A stretch of DNA of 64,000 nucleotides. Source: Gnetum montanum (lineage: Eukaryota; Plantae; Gnetophyta). How positions within the stretch are numbered: the stretch's first letter is position 1; each line of letters starts with the position of its first letter. The notes under the pieces are model-generated. The model made no database searches, was not told the origin of the DNA, and saw only the letters and a program-made list of their open reading frames with translations. The position numbers were made by a program, and so were the translations under genes. The DNA is taken from assembly GCA_015680685.1 (NCBI GenBank), contig MNCI01003240.1, forward strand, positions 347,468 through 411,467, read 5' to 3'. Below are positions 37,351-51,214 of this stretch, in pieces.

Positions 37351-39250
37351 ATGTCTCTATCACAAGACTATGACAACGCAACAACTAGTAGGGAAACTCA
37401 TTGGAGAACCAACAAATTATATGATAATGAAGATGAAGTTTGGAGTACCCAATTTGATATATGGGTCTCCTATGAGCATCAACGCAAACAACATCATCCC
37501 AACTCACAACTGCATAACATACCTATTGACGATGAACCCTTACTAGCCACTACAAGCCTAATGGAAATACAATAGGCTATTCGAATAGCCCGTAGGCATC
37601 GTAAGGAAAGTTGTCTACCCATGCTTGATTTAAACAACTTTCCCAAGTTTTTAGGAGGTTATGATTCAGATCTACAACAACATTTACAAGCCTTCTATGA
37701 TTCCTGTAAATGGAACAATATTGATAATGGGTTGCAAAAACTTAAGCTCTTTCCTCTGACACTCATTGGCCAAGAAAAAGTATGGTATAGGTCGTTAAAA
37801 CCAAAATCAAATCAACGTTGGCCGACAATGGTAGAACTCTTCAATGAAAGATATCAAACCTATGCGAGAGTGTCAACCTTGAGGAGACAAATCCAAGAAT
37901 GGAAATAAGTGTAACATGAACCCTTGGACATGGCCTTAGAAAGATATTATGCACTGTTAAACAACTGCCTAGGCCATGGGTTCTCCGAGGAAAGGCTAAT
38001 GTACCATATCATAGATGGGCTCCGTAATGAAACAAGGGAAATCCTAGGGATGTACGCTCGAGGTCAACTATATGAGCTATGTACCCATCAATTCAAAGAG
38101 CTTATTAAGTAGGTAGCAAAAGAAGAAGGAGGAATAGCCAAATGGGAGAATGTTGAAAGTTCTCAACAGGACCAAAATCTCAACTTAACAAGGGTCCATG
38201 ATCATGAAGAGGAGAAATCCACTCACTTCAAGGAGGTGGAATCATATTTGCCAATCCTACAATCACTAGATGAAATTGAGGAAAATATCAATAAGATGAT
38301 GGACTTGGTACATGAAATATGTGGAGAATATGCCAACATTATTAGAGGAAGAACTATGCCAAATTAAGAAACAGGACAGGACACCATGCAACACTAGAAA
38401 CAAAGGGTAGAAGATAATAAGAATAAGAACTCAATTTCCAATTTCACATATCAATGTAATTTCTATATGTATGATAACCCCAAAGGCCAATGTCCACTTT
38501 TGTCACATTTACATAAGCATTGGGGAGGAATGTTACATCTAGATTTCATATAGAAATATCAAGTTCAACCATAGTGGCAAAAACCTCAATCATGGGGGAG
38601 GCCACCACCAACTAAACCATACCCTTCATATGTCCCAATGCCAAATGTTTATTATGTTCAACACCTTATTTATCCAATAGGATCAGCATCCTCTACCTCA
38701 CCTCATCGTTATCATTCTCCTGAGTACTATCCACCCATGTCCTCTCCAACAAGATCACCACCTCATGTGCCTTACACTTCTCCTCAACCTTAATATTCTC
38801 ATACTTCACCCCCTTCTACATCACTACCAGCTATGCCAAAATATTTTGCACCACAGCACCAACCCACAAATGTTACTTGTGCTGCTACTGTCAACAGTAG
38901 TGGAGGTCCTTCACAACATCGAAGACATCCCTTCTTTAGATGTGACCGTTGAAAGGGATACCACAGTTCAGAAACCACTGCATCCGTCAACTCAGCACAA
39001 TCCAACATTGTGATGAATCTTCCTCTTCAAACCCAATGCCTCATGTTACCTTATCAAGGCCACCACTCAATACTCCAACAACCATGAGGCCTAATGAATA
39101 TTTCCACATGGGGAGACATGTTGATCCTTGCATACCATCTTATAGTCATAAGTACCATAGTGGGTCAACTCCTTATAAATTAACCACATCTTATAACTTG
39201 CCCAACTATGTCAACTCTAATCAAGTGTGTGAACGCCAATGAGGTAAGTA
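37351..39250 (+). pseudogene. gag: gag of D (Retrotrans_gag) with Pro-rich tail
   Basis: FPKFLGG..QHLQAFYDSC..KLKLFPLTLIGQEKVWYRSL..WPTMVELFNERY; ERYYALLNNCLGHGFS. Confidence 0.85.
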
Positions 39251-40752
39251 TGACCGGGTTCCAATATTTCCAACATGCAAGGATCCTAACCTTCCATTTA
39301 TTAATTCTAGCCATGGTCAACCATGTTGCTATGGGGGGTATCCTCCATTCTAACAACACAAAATTAATAAATATTTTTCTATTTCTTTAACTTTTGAACT
39401 TTATTTTCAAATTTTCACCTTTTAATTTATTGTTTTATCTTTTTGTCTTTTTATCTTTTTATGAGTAATCTCATCTACGAATAAAACACTCATGTGACTC
39501 ATTGGTTGAGATGTTATTCTATGCTATCAAGTCTCAAGTGACTGATTATTTGGATAGCGAACCCACCACATCCACCCAACCATTCTATTAATAAGAGGTT
39601 CTACTTTGGGCACAATGATATTCTTGTCATCATGAAACTTAAAAGTAATTTTGTGCTCATTATGCCCAGAGTGAAAAATGATGGACTAAGAGGAAATGGC
39701 CAGGGTGTGACAACAAGGGAACTTGTGAATTCTCTTTGGTAACATATGTAGGTTCTATCATGTAACTTGTTCATAATAAGATCCTTGTTGATCTAATGAA
39801 AAATGGGAGTAAGAGTAATCAAAAGGCACTCAATCAAGGAAACTCAATGCTATTCTATGAGGTCCCACTGGAAAGACATGCACCCATGCCTAAAGATAGG
39901 TGGCTTCTCTGGATTAAGTACTTCAGAAAAAAAGAGAAAAAAAGAAGAAGAAGAGAAGAGTATGTCAATGCAGCCAAAAAAAAGTATGCCACAAAAAAAT
40001 TCCAAGTCACTCTTCCCTTGCACAAAACACCAAGTGATCGTATGCCTTGCTGTCATGGTACTCTTATGGTTGTCCATCATTGGATGAAACAATGCAATGT
40101 CGCTAATTGGAGGAATGGAATTGGTCTTGATTTTGGAGCAACAAGCTAATGAAGCATTAATCATGCCCTACACTCAAGATTGATTGTGCCCTAAGTCAGT
40201 TACCTCACATCCCAATCTTTGTAATCCTTATCTGATTCATCCCATCTCGCTGTTCATGTATTTGTGACTTGTATCTTATGTAACATTGAATTCATTCTTC
40301 ATCATAGTGGTATCTACCTATGTGTGTTTTTTGCATTGGTATAGATTACATTTAACCCTTCTAGTACCTATGGACATTTTAAGGTGTGGTTACACAAGGG
40401 CATTATAGGTTGGAACCTACTTTGGGGAGGACCCACTTGCGTGACTTCTGTAATTTGTACTTGTTTCACACCACCACATCATCTTATACCCTCTAAGTAC
40501 TTCATTGCCAAATCTATTCCTTCCTTTGTCATCATTTTATCAAATGTTCCTCAAAACCAGGTCCTTTTATGTGTCACCTAAACAAACCAAGTCTGAGATT
40601 AAACTTTTAGGGCCACTTCCTTGAAAAATTTTCTAACTCTAAAATCATACTAAGCAAAGAATTCAAAATTTATTAAAGGTAATGAGTAAGATATGAAATC
40701 ATTGAACTTCTTTCAATAACGTTACTAACAATTGATCTTTGTGTGATTATAG

Positions 40753-41175
40753 ATGGCCCTAAAAAGAGGAAAACAAGGAGGACCTTCTCAAGGTGCAATT
40801 AAACGCCCAGGGGAAGGCAAAAGCTAAGGACCTCATGTAGAACATGTGGAACAGGAGGCATAATCATTCAGCATCCATCAAGGACCTCCTGTCACTACAC
40901 AAGCTGGCAAAGAAAAAGTAGGAGAGGTTAGGGCCCAAGCCTATGAAGAGGAACGACAAGTATTTGCGGCATTCATGTCAAGGCCAATCAAGTGTTCCCA
41001 CAACTACCGTGTCCATGGAAAGTACCAACTCCATCAAACATTGAAATATTAGTATGGACAGCTCATAATCCATGGATAGAAGAGAAGAAATGTTAGGTGC
41101 TTCTTCAATGGTATCAATCTCAGAAGCTTGGTGTGTAGAACAAAGGAAAGGCACCGATGGAGGAGCCACCACTAA
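40753..41175 (+). pseudogene. Short extra 3' ORF of D (env-like position) preceded by a splice acceptor
   Basis: TTTGTGTGATTATAG|ATG GCC CTA AAA AGA translates MALKRGKQGGPSQG...; internal stops. Confidence 0.45.
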
Positions 41176-41363
41176 CAGGAACTTTATGAGTTCCACAAGT
41201 TTTGTCTTTTGTGTCTATGTCCAAATTTTGTTTAATCCTCCACTATGGCATGAATAAATTCCTAGTCAGTTAATAATCCCATACCTATCCACTATGTAAT
41301 CAATTGAACTTTTTCCTCACTTTATTTGACTCGAGGACGAGTTATTATTCTATCGTGGGGGTA

Positions 41364-41901
41364 TGATGAGTCATGGTCTGTTAGGCCCTGTTATCAAAGG
41401 CCTGTTATCGAAGCCCTGTTATCTGATGAATTCTAATATTGAAGCCCTATTATCTGATGAGTCCTAATATCATAGCCCTCTTATTAGACCCCTGATATCA
41501 GGCCTGCATTAACAAGGCTGTGTATATGAGGCCCCATATATGTGGCCACGTTGACACAGCCCCATCGATGCATCCACCCATGCGTCGACGCGGCCCCACT
41601 TACAAAAAGTCTATTTTTAGCTATAAATAAGTGTGCACCTGCTACACTTAGGCAGCTTTTTGTTAATTGTAGCTAAGGTCTTGCAATTTGCTTCTACAAG
41701 AGTTAGAATATTTTCCAAGTGCCCACAATTGGTGTAAAAAAGGTGTCTGGCCCTTTATTCGAGCGCTAATGTATCTGAGCCCATTGGCGTGAATGGTAAT
41801 AAAGATGAGCTTTTCATTCATTTCTTACAGCAATTGGACTTAGTTATTTAATGCATTTGATAGTTTAATATTTCTATGCTTTAATAGTCCTTAAATTTCT
41901 C
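41364..41901 (+). repeat. Truncated 3' LTR of D
   Basis: Follows CTCGAGGACGAG..CGTGGGGGTA; matches 36252-36789, then the match ends. Confidence 0.9.
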
Positions 41902-42249
41902 AAGCTTATGGAGTTAGGTTCTTTATCATGGGATCATCTGATGCTAGATTTTCAATAATTTTCAACACTCCATACTTCTAAGAGTAAAGGTAGTAAATCC
42001 ATAATCGAGGCATATAGATAATAATAATTCATTAAAAATAAAAAATAAAAACCTAGATAGTAACAATTTAATTATTAAAGATAAAATGCCTAGTTATCAT
42101 AGCATTTTGAAAGTATAAAGATTTTAACCACTTAAGATTGTTAGGGCCATAATGTTTTAAAATCAAACTAACTAATGGATGATTAAAGTGTACTTATACT
42201 TATGTTCATGTAATTAGAGGTAATCAATGATTATTCATGTGTTTGTAGA

Positions 42250-45000
42250 TAGATGACTTCAAAGTGAGGTTTTCAAGTGGATGGATCTTTAAAATTAAGG
42301 GAGAAATGTCCAAGGACATGTTGGGAACAAAAACAACAACAAAAATAACAAGTAGTGAAGTAGGCAGTGGAAGAAACCCATGTAATTGGGTCAATATAAG
42401 AAGAGTTGGAGGTGGAATCTATTTGGTAGTTGCCCATAGTAGAGATGAAACAATCTAGGCAAGATGTAGTTCCTAGATCTAAGTTGAATAAAAATGTCAC
42501 CCTCATAGAGGCATGCCTAGAGGAGGTTGGCACTAATGAAGTCCAAAGTATGATCCTATAAGAAATAAACTTTAGACCATTCCTCAAATTCGCTTTTGAA
42601 GAAGTTGCATAGTTTTAGGTGTTTCTTCTTTGGCTCATCATTTTTACTAGTGAGGAATGATACCTTAGTAAGATGTCTCTTTTTGAATAGTCATCAAGGA
42701 GATGCTAGAGTCAAGGACATTACCATCTCTTACTCAATGGAGGCCTTAGCAAAGGCCTTGGGATTGCCTAATGTAGGAGAAAAGTAGGTAGAAGTTTAAA
42801 CCTAGGTTAAGGCAAATGTTAAAAAATGGATGTAGTGATGCTATTGAGTGGATAATAAGTACAGTGTATTAACAAGGTACAGAGGATCTACTTCAAGATC
42901 ATAGCCTATCATGTGAACCTAATCACAAAACCAAGTTAAATCACATTCTTCTCTACCTAAACATGTACAACTCTAAGTGGAAAATTTCTCATAAACCTAC
43001 CTCATTTTGTCTTTCTTAGGATTCGGATGAGGCTTAAAAAGAATGAAAAGTATAGAAAGATACTTCTTTTTTTATGTTTCATCAAAAAAACTATACAAAA
43101 ATGAGCAATATCCTACTATGTGAATGATGTGCTCTGAATGGCTATTGCTAAATTATTGTAGGAGATGATGAAGGAGAAGGCACCAACTAAATTTTAGATT
43201 AAAGAAGCATCACAACCACCATAACTGGTCCATGAGATATTAAGAGATGAAGAATTCCTAAGGCCACTTAGAGAGAAGTAGTAATAGCAAGAATTAAGTA
43301 GTGATGGTGAGTTATCATCCTAAATTATGATCATGATTCATTTGAATAAAGTTTCTAGAACCATCAACTAGCTATTATTTGTACCAACCCTATCACATGG
43401 GAAGTTGTGGTATCCCTACTATCTAAGTAACTTCCTGAGATCTAAGGTAATGTCATAGCCTTCTCTATGATTCTAAAAGAAGGAAAAGATGCTACAATCC
43501 TAATTATTCTACACAAGGACTAAGAGATAGTAGGAAAGATGATTACAAATTGGTTTAGAGAAGCTATAAGGATTCTTGTAGCATAATGCTTAATATTACT
43601 ACTATGGTAGACTTGCAAATGTTTGATGAAATTCAGCGTAGGAGAATGATTACTACACAACACAAGGAAATGTTGGAGTAATTGGTGAGAATGAGAAAAC
43701 TAATTATGAAGATATTTGATATTCTAAAAGACATTGTAGCCACCTAATCTAAGTTACTAGAAACAAGGGATAAGTTTCTAGTCAAAGAATCATAGATTTA
43801 AGTGGCTACCATGATTAATCAATAGTTGATAGTCAAAGTTATTGAACTCAAAGTATTCTTGGTAGATCAAACCATATTTTTATTTTTGATGACAAAGGAC
43901 AAAGCTTTTTAGAAGTTTTAGGAGTGACAATGCATGTTCAAGGAGGAAAAGGAGAAGACCATCTAGGATGCAACATTATTAGATGCAATTCTATACATCA
44001 CCAATAATAATATCATCTAAGTGCACTATTATATCAAGAGTTTTAGCAAGGAAAACTAATGCCTAATTAAAATAGTTAAATAAAAGGAAAAGATGGAGGA
44101 ATACCTTAAGTAGTAGTAGGAATAAATTAGTAGGATGAATTAGGATGTTAGGAGGTTAGTTAAAGAAAATAGAAATTGATCAATGAAGGAGGTGCATGCC
44201 ATTCACCAAAAATCAACCATTGAGATTGCTAACTAGAAGAAAGAGACTGTTAAGTATGATAAAGCAAAAAATCATTAGAGGAAAAACGTTGTCATGCATA
44301 AGAAGATTAATAAAAATGAAATTAGATAGGTGAAGTAAAAGGTAAATGATGTCCTCCAATAACTCCATTAACAGGATGATGCACAGAAACTCATCTTTGA
44401 TGAGCTAAATGCATACAATTAGATGGAAATTTACATGAAGGATCTTCAAATTAAAGAAATGATAGTATACATGGAGTTGGTCAACCTTCATTATGTAAAC
44501 CTAGTAATGTTGACTATAGGACAACCAAGATCAGAATTAGAGAAGTAGATTGCCAACTCATACCTCCTCTATGAGACAAAGTTTAAGCTTCACAAGGAGA
44601 TTAAGTTGAAGCTAGAAATAGATAATTTGGGGCTTGAGGTTCTTATGTCTATGTTTAAAGATTAGAGATAAATTATAGAAAATTTATCAAAGAGAATGGA
44701 AGATCACTAGAAGCTGAAAAATACTTTGCCAGTATTCAACATCAAACACAAGCAATTTGCATCCTAGTTCAATAATTCTAAGAAAATATTTCTTTCTTTG
44801 CCTTGTCCATGGAATATGCCTACATCATTGAATCTAGGTGATGATTTTTGGATGATCAATGATAAGGCATTTTTGTATGCATTTCAAATGTTAGAAGAGC
44901 AACAAAAATAGTGGAAAAGACATGACTACTAGTAGAATCAAGGTAGGACAACCAATTGTCTGAGACAAAAGGGCCACCATTTCTTGACACTAAGTAAAAT
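42250..45000 (+). pseudogene. Highly decayed retrotransposon extra-ORF remnant (Transposase_32/env-like)
   Basis: DARVKDITISYSMEALAKALGLPNVGEK at 42700-42785, followed by a long purine-rich, coding-like stretch. Confidence 0.4.
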
Positions 45001-45779
45001 ACCTACCTTGGATAATTCTTATTTTTGTACATAGTGAATTTTCAAAATTTTTATTATAGTGTCTAATTTTATTAAATCATATTATAAGCACTTTAATAAT
45101 TTTGTTGTGATGCAACACTTAGTTCTTAGTTAGTTTGTAAAGTGATACTTCTTTAATTTTGTAAATAACTTAGTCCAATTTTATTCACTCATGGATGAGT
45201 TTTCAATTCATTATGAGGAAATGATGAAATGTAAGTTAGTTAATTTTGTTAACAGGTATGCTTCAACATAACCTCGTTGATGCTTACAAGTCAATACATC
45301 TTATGATGCATTAATATTGTCTTATCTCCTACCTATATAAATGCATGTAGTAGTTGCATTTTGATATATTTTGGTTGTTTGGTAGCTAAAATCTTACATT
45401 TTTCTAACTTAAGAGTTAAAATATTTCCCCCTCTAAGTATCTATAATATGGATTGAATGAATTATATGGAGTTTTTTTGAGTGCATTATGCAGTTTGACA
45501 CATGTACATAATGACAATAAAATTGAGATTTGTTTTTTTATTGCAACATTTATACTATTACTGTAATATGTTTTTGTACCTTTTATTCTTACTATTTATT
45601 TAATTTTCCATGTTATTAGTTAAATATTCTAGTATTCCATATATTATATATACAAGCTAAGCATGACCACTTTAAGTATTTGGTAATCCTAGTGATGAAC
45701 ACTTGGTATGCCTAGTAGCGAACACATGACAACCAAGTAACATTAGTATATGTTCACAATGTGTACAAAAAGTAGGAAA

Positions 45780-46560
45780 TAGATGCTTTATGCTAGGCTG
45801 GTTTAGATTATCTTTTCATCCTTAGATTAATTAGTTTAATCTTTTGATATTTTAATTAATAATAGAAACCATCATACATCTTAATAACACTTGATAATAT
45901 CACTTGAGCTAACACAAGAGGTGATTAGGAATAAAATGATCAATGATCCCACACTTAGGTACCTAAGACATCTTACTATCCACAATCCATAGAATTTGAC
46001 CTAATTGTACATGAATGCTTGTGATTTGCATGGTTGGATGTAGGATCTATTATTATTCATCTACTATCAAAATTACATTGTTAATAAATAATTATTATTT
46101 ATCATTGCTTAAAATCTCCATAAAGAAATACTATTCCTTTTGTTAAAAATTCTACAATATCTCTATTTAAGAATTGAAAAAAAAATGATCACAAGATAGC
46201 TTTATAGAATCATACAATGTGGCATCCCTAGGATTAAAATAGCATATTGCAAAGAAAGCATAGCCATGTAGATACTTTTTTAGTTAAATATATTATTTAT
46301 GATAATCAATTTTTTAAAATGCATATAATTTTCCAAAAATTTTCTAACATTGCAATACCATTGGAAGATGTACCTCTTCATCCTACTCTTTTATTTCTTG
46401 TAAAAAATTTATTAAATCCAATAACTAAAAAAATATACAAGACTAATATCTTCCAAAATTTCAATAAAATCAAAAATATCAAAGCTATCAAAGAAGCGAA
46501 TACTATTTAAAGAAAGAAATTTATTTGCAATTTCACTATTAATGTTAAGAAATTCACATC
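45780..46560 (-). mobile_element. Decayed LINE AP-endonuclease remnant
   Basis: Minus strand RGTSSNGIA (~46370), AICYFNP (~46240), DIVEFLTKGIVFLYGDF (~46160-46112) and LRYLSVGSLIIL (~45950), in APE motif order. Confidence 0.55.
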
Positions 46561-48649
46561 TTAAAGTACTCATACATGTTTTAAATAATTTTTGGAATAC
46601 TACTTATTTGTAATTATTGTCATATTGCTAGCATTTAGGTATTCTACAAAATCCTATTAATGAGCTACCTTAATCTTTTTCCATTTCTTAATCTCTTTTG
46701 TAAGTTTCTCTCAAGTAAAATCCTAATTTATTTAAATGATTTTCCGATTCTCACTTTACTTTAAGCAACTTCAATGTCTTTAATAGATACTTTATCTTTT
46801 ATATCCTAAAAATTAACAATTACATGTTGCGGATTTTCACATTGTTTACCTATAAATCTAAAACATTATTATTTTTTGGTAAATTTATATTTATATAATC
46901 TATAATTTTTTCAAATTTCTTAAACAAGGTTTCATCCATTTCATCTTATGTCTTTGGGATACCTACAAAATATAATTTTTTTCTTTTATCATTTTCTCAT
47001 ATTAGTTTTTCAAAGCTACAATTGTAGATACTATATTTGTATCTATTTCTTCAAGTTTAGATTCATTTTTATTTTCCTCTATGTTGGCTTGAAGTTTTAT
47101 TAATTTTCATAAAATTAAAAGGATAGCCTACATAATAAAAGGTAGTTGTATCAAAAATAGTAAACAAACAAAACGTTTTGTAAGGTGGTTTAACAATTAC
47201 ATGGCTTCTTTTATAACATGAATTGTGATATGGACTTGATCTCATCAACCCTAGGATGCCAAATCCAACAAGAATTAACAATTGAAAATAATAAAAGAAA
47301 CACAACTCTTTATGTTTGCATGGAATTAAGAAGATTCATACAAATGGCTATTAAACAATGTCCTAGGGATAGAAAAGGATTCAAGATACCCTCACAACCA
47401 TACTCATACTCACAATGGTTCTTATTCCTTACAAGTAATGCTTAAGATTAACTTTTCTCTCTTACTTTTTAATCTTTTGAAATAATCTTCTTTTCTCTCT
47501 TTTCCCTTTCATCTCTTCACATTTCTTGTAACATCTCTCTTCCTAAACCCTAGGTTGGAGAGTATTACTTTAAGTAAAATTTGTAACAAATGATTGGCTA
47601 TGGAAAGATGCAAGATAAGGAATGAACTATATAGCTAAAGGAAGTAGAAGGAACTTAGTATAGAGATATAACCGAGGGAAAGAGTTAAACTAAATAGAAA
47701 AAGGAAAAGAATACATAATTATTAAATATATATGCTAAAACCTTAATCTAAGTAGATAGAGGATAATTTAAATCATCTACTAAAAATTATGCAAAGAAGA
47801 AGAGTATTAAATAAAATGAAAATTTAAATCATCATAACTAAATGATCAACATAATATCAAAGGTCTAGCCCATACAAAATCCATAAATTAAAAAGTTGAA
47901 AAAAGGAAAATAATATTTAACATAATACTAAAATATCTAATACATAAATAGCCAAAGATCAAAGTTGAAAGTATAACATATTAAACCACTCTCAAAAAAA
48001 TCTAGGAACAACCCAAGATCTCCAATCTTTATTCAACTTGATCAAAGTATAATAAAAATAAGATATTAGTATAAAATTGAGTGAGGAATCTGGCACCATC
48101 TCTATTTATAGAATGAGTAGATCTCATGAGAGTTAGGTGGAGCATGATTATTCTACAAAACATGTTAGCTTAAACAAGCAAACAAATGTTTGACCAAACA
48201 TCCAATCATCAAACATTATAAATAGCATGATTTGCAAACTCCAATTATTACCACAACCAAGGAGGATAAAAGGCATCACACTTAGTGTCAAATGTATGTC
48301 AAAATTTTCATGTATAGTTTTTGTAAATTCTAGAGCTAAAATGTATTGAAATAAAATATCAAACTATCATATGAATGGATTTATTACTAGTCTCAAACTA
48401 AATGAGATGCACCATCAAGACTCACTTCACACTTTCCCAAAGTACTAGTGCTAGAGATGTCTAATAGGACTTACCAATGTTCTGGTGGTATCATATAAAA
48501 AGAACTAATAAGCCATGGAATCATTCTCTTCGGTAGGATGGGGTCTATAATGAAAGTCATACTAATGCATCCTAATGAGGATTAATCACTAACTATCTCT
48601 AAGGAGCCTATCTCTAATTAGCCATACGAACTTGGTGCTAGTTCCAACA

Positions 48650-50105
48650 TGTTGTGATCAAAAAAATAGATTGCTAGAAAATTGAAAGATCAAGAATAGT
48701 AGCCTCAATTTTGAATCCGAAAGGCCTCCAATAAATGGGATTCAAGGTGGCTTAGATGATATGGTAGATCACCCATGGACTTATGAAATGCAAAATGAAT
48801 GATGTAAATAACAAGAATGCAGATCTGGAAACCAAAAGCAAAATTGATTGCACATAAACTAAAATTTTGAAACTTTATTTAAATAAATAAAGAATAAGTT
48901 CAGGGATGTTTACAAGAGTTGCACATGAAATAGCATTGGGGTAGGAGTTTAAAGCCCATTGAAGTTGATTTGGTCCACTTCATGATCCAGGTGCTCATCC
49001 ACTTTTGATGTTTTCGAACCTCTTCTATTGCTGCCTTAGATCTATAACTTTGGTCATTGCTAGGGGGTTGAGAAAATTGGGGCATTTGGCTGCAGAAATT
49101 CTACATGTTGGGAGCTAGGAATCCCAAAAATGGAGAGTAGGAACCAGAAGCCCACAAGTCTCAGAAGGAGGGGCGGGGGGGGGGGGGNNNNNNNNNNNNN
49201 NNNNNNNNNNNNNNNNNNNNNNNNNNNNNNNNNNNNNNNNNNGGGGGGGGGGCGGGGAGTAACAAACGAAGTTGTAAGATTATAGGGGTTCCACATTAGG
49301 ATGCTCCAAGATGTTGCATTTTTCAAGTGTTTCTAGAGGCTCTAAAGGCAAAAATTTCTATATGATAAAAAATTCCAAAGTGTGGAACTTGAAAAGGATG
49401 TTGGGATTTTGATTTCATAGGTTTATGACCATGAAATGGGTTGCAAGTTGGGTAATAGATGGATTGCAAATTACTATAAAATCTGTCACATATAGGTGAG
49501 ATGGGTTCCCAAATTTGAGGGGTTACTATGTATATTAAGTGCTAAACCCTCATGGCCATTTCATTTACTATAAATGGTAACAAGGATACGCACCCTGTGG
49601 TAGAGCTAGATCTTCTACGATGGGCCTTTAATCTTCTATGCTGGGGGTGAAGTCTCCATGCTATGCATGTAGTCTCCACACTATGCATGTAGTCTTGACA
49701 TTGGAGGATGAAGTTTTCATGTTAAGGGGAAATGTTTCCATGTTGAGGAGGAAGGTTGTACCCCTCCACATTGAGGGTAGCTGAACTTTATTCTCATGTA
49801 GGTGTTTCCAGCATAGAAAAGTGTATACCCCAATAAAACTCATTAAATTGCCATTTTTAGCATCTCAAAAGGCATTTTTATTCCCTAAGGTCAAATATAG
49901 ATACTAGATGACTCTATTTTAACTTGGGAAATGAGGCTTTGACCACTTATGAGGCATTTTTCAGCCCCAAAAGTATGAAATATGTGACTTTGCCCATTGT
50001 GAGTTACAATCTTCACATTTACAATGAAGTTTTACCTCAGGTTTCATGGGGTGAAGTATACATGGTGAAAATTAATTACAACATGAGAATTTTTATGGTG
50101 TTTCA
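48650..50105 (-). repeat. 3' LTR of C (contains the assembly gap)
   Basis: TGTTGTGATCAAAAA start resembles the A LTR start. The GGTGTTTCA end is shared with A and B, and is followed by a PPT-like tract (minus strand AAATAAAGAGGGAACAT). Left end less certain. Confidence 0.7.
49188..49241. other. Assembly gap (54 N) inside a poly-G tract
   Basis: N run flanked by G runs. Confidence 1.
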
Positions 50106-51034
50106 ATGTTCCCTCTTTATTTATTTCTAGAGGATCAACCTGAGAGCCATCGACAAAGAATACAAAACATCACTATAGGTTCACTACTAATGTTCCCTCT
50201 CCATGATTGAACTAGTTGTGTCAAACCATGTCATAGTGTGCTTGTGATGATGGTATGAGGCTATTATAAGATAAAAATAATGGTCATTATGAAAATGGTC
50301 ATGGAGGCTAACAATGCATTCCAAGTGTTAACATCATGGCTATCACATGACACTAATACATCTTGAAGAGTTGGTTGCTCAATTTATGCATTTGAGGATC
50401 GAATCACTTTGCTCCAAGATTTCCTTAGCCATTAGGCTTTGAGATTTCACTATCCATCTAACTTCTTAGCAATTTTCTTCATTTCCTTTTCTTGTGGGGT
50501 AACCTTCATTGGGTTTCTATGCCAAGGCTGGTTAGATCTAGTTTTCCTATTGAGTGAGTTGTATTACACTTAATAGACTTGGTGGTTTTCCCATCAAATG
50601 ATATGTGTTACATCTAATGGACTTAGTAATTTTCCACTTAATGAGTTATGTTACATTCAAGTGGTATTGATGGGGGAGCATGATGAAGAAATGTCATATG
50701 ATCATAGTGTATGAGTGGTAATCATAGGTTAACATTGTTTTGCGGGGTATGGAAGATCATCATTAGGTTATAAGGTTGGGCTTAAGGAGTGGTGCTAGAT
50801 GGAGGGCAATGGCACAAGAATACTTGACATAGTAGGACAAGATCATTAAATCATGAACATCAAGGTTTTGTGGTGACTTACTTCCATAATTAGTTACACC
50901 CTTCCAATGGTCCTAGGCTTCATCCTGGAAACACAACTCCAAGAGGACAAGAAAATCAGGAAAATAGAGCATTTTATCATATTGCAATGCATACAAGGCA
51001 CATGGAATGATAAAATAAAGACACCTTGGTTAGA

Positions 51035-51180
51035 AATGTTACTAGCTTAAGGATTAGATGGGCCATGGTACTAGTTTAAGGGCCTGGCAGGCCATGGTAC
51101 TAGTTTAAGGGCCCGGCGGGCCATGGTGCTAGTTTAAGGTCATAACGAACCGTAGCACTGATTTAAGACCTCAGTAGGTC
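51035..51180. repeat. 30-bp tandem array downstream of C integrase
   Basis: GGCCATGGTACTAGTTTAAGGG, about 5 copies. Confidence 0.9.
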
Positions 51181-51214
51181 ATATTAAGTAGGCTTGCATG
51201 TTGATGATCATTGG

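Larger units (their letters stand above)
36252..41901 (+). mobile_element. Element D: non-autonomous (pol-less) Athila-like LTR retrotransposon, 3' LTR truncated
   Basis: LTR 36252-37214 (TGATGAG...CTCATCA); PBS; gag remnant; G-rich PPT; second LTR from 41364 whose homology stops at 41901. No RT or INT motifs. Confidence 0.9.

Noticed and set aside
39796-40164. Three overlapping ORFs of 94-117 aa
   Set aside because: Driven by A-rich tracts typical of Athila non-coding internal regions; no domain motifs.
49165-49256. Poly-G / poly-Pro ORF or G-quadruplex
   Set aside because: Spans an N gap, so the true sequence is unknown.
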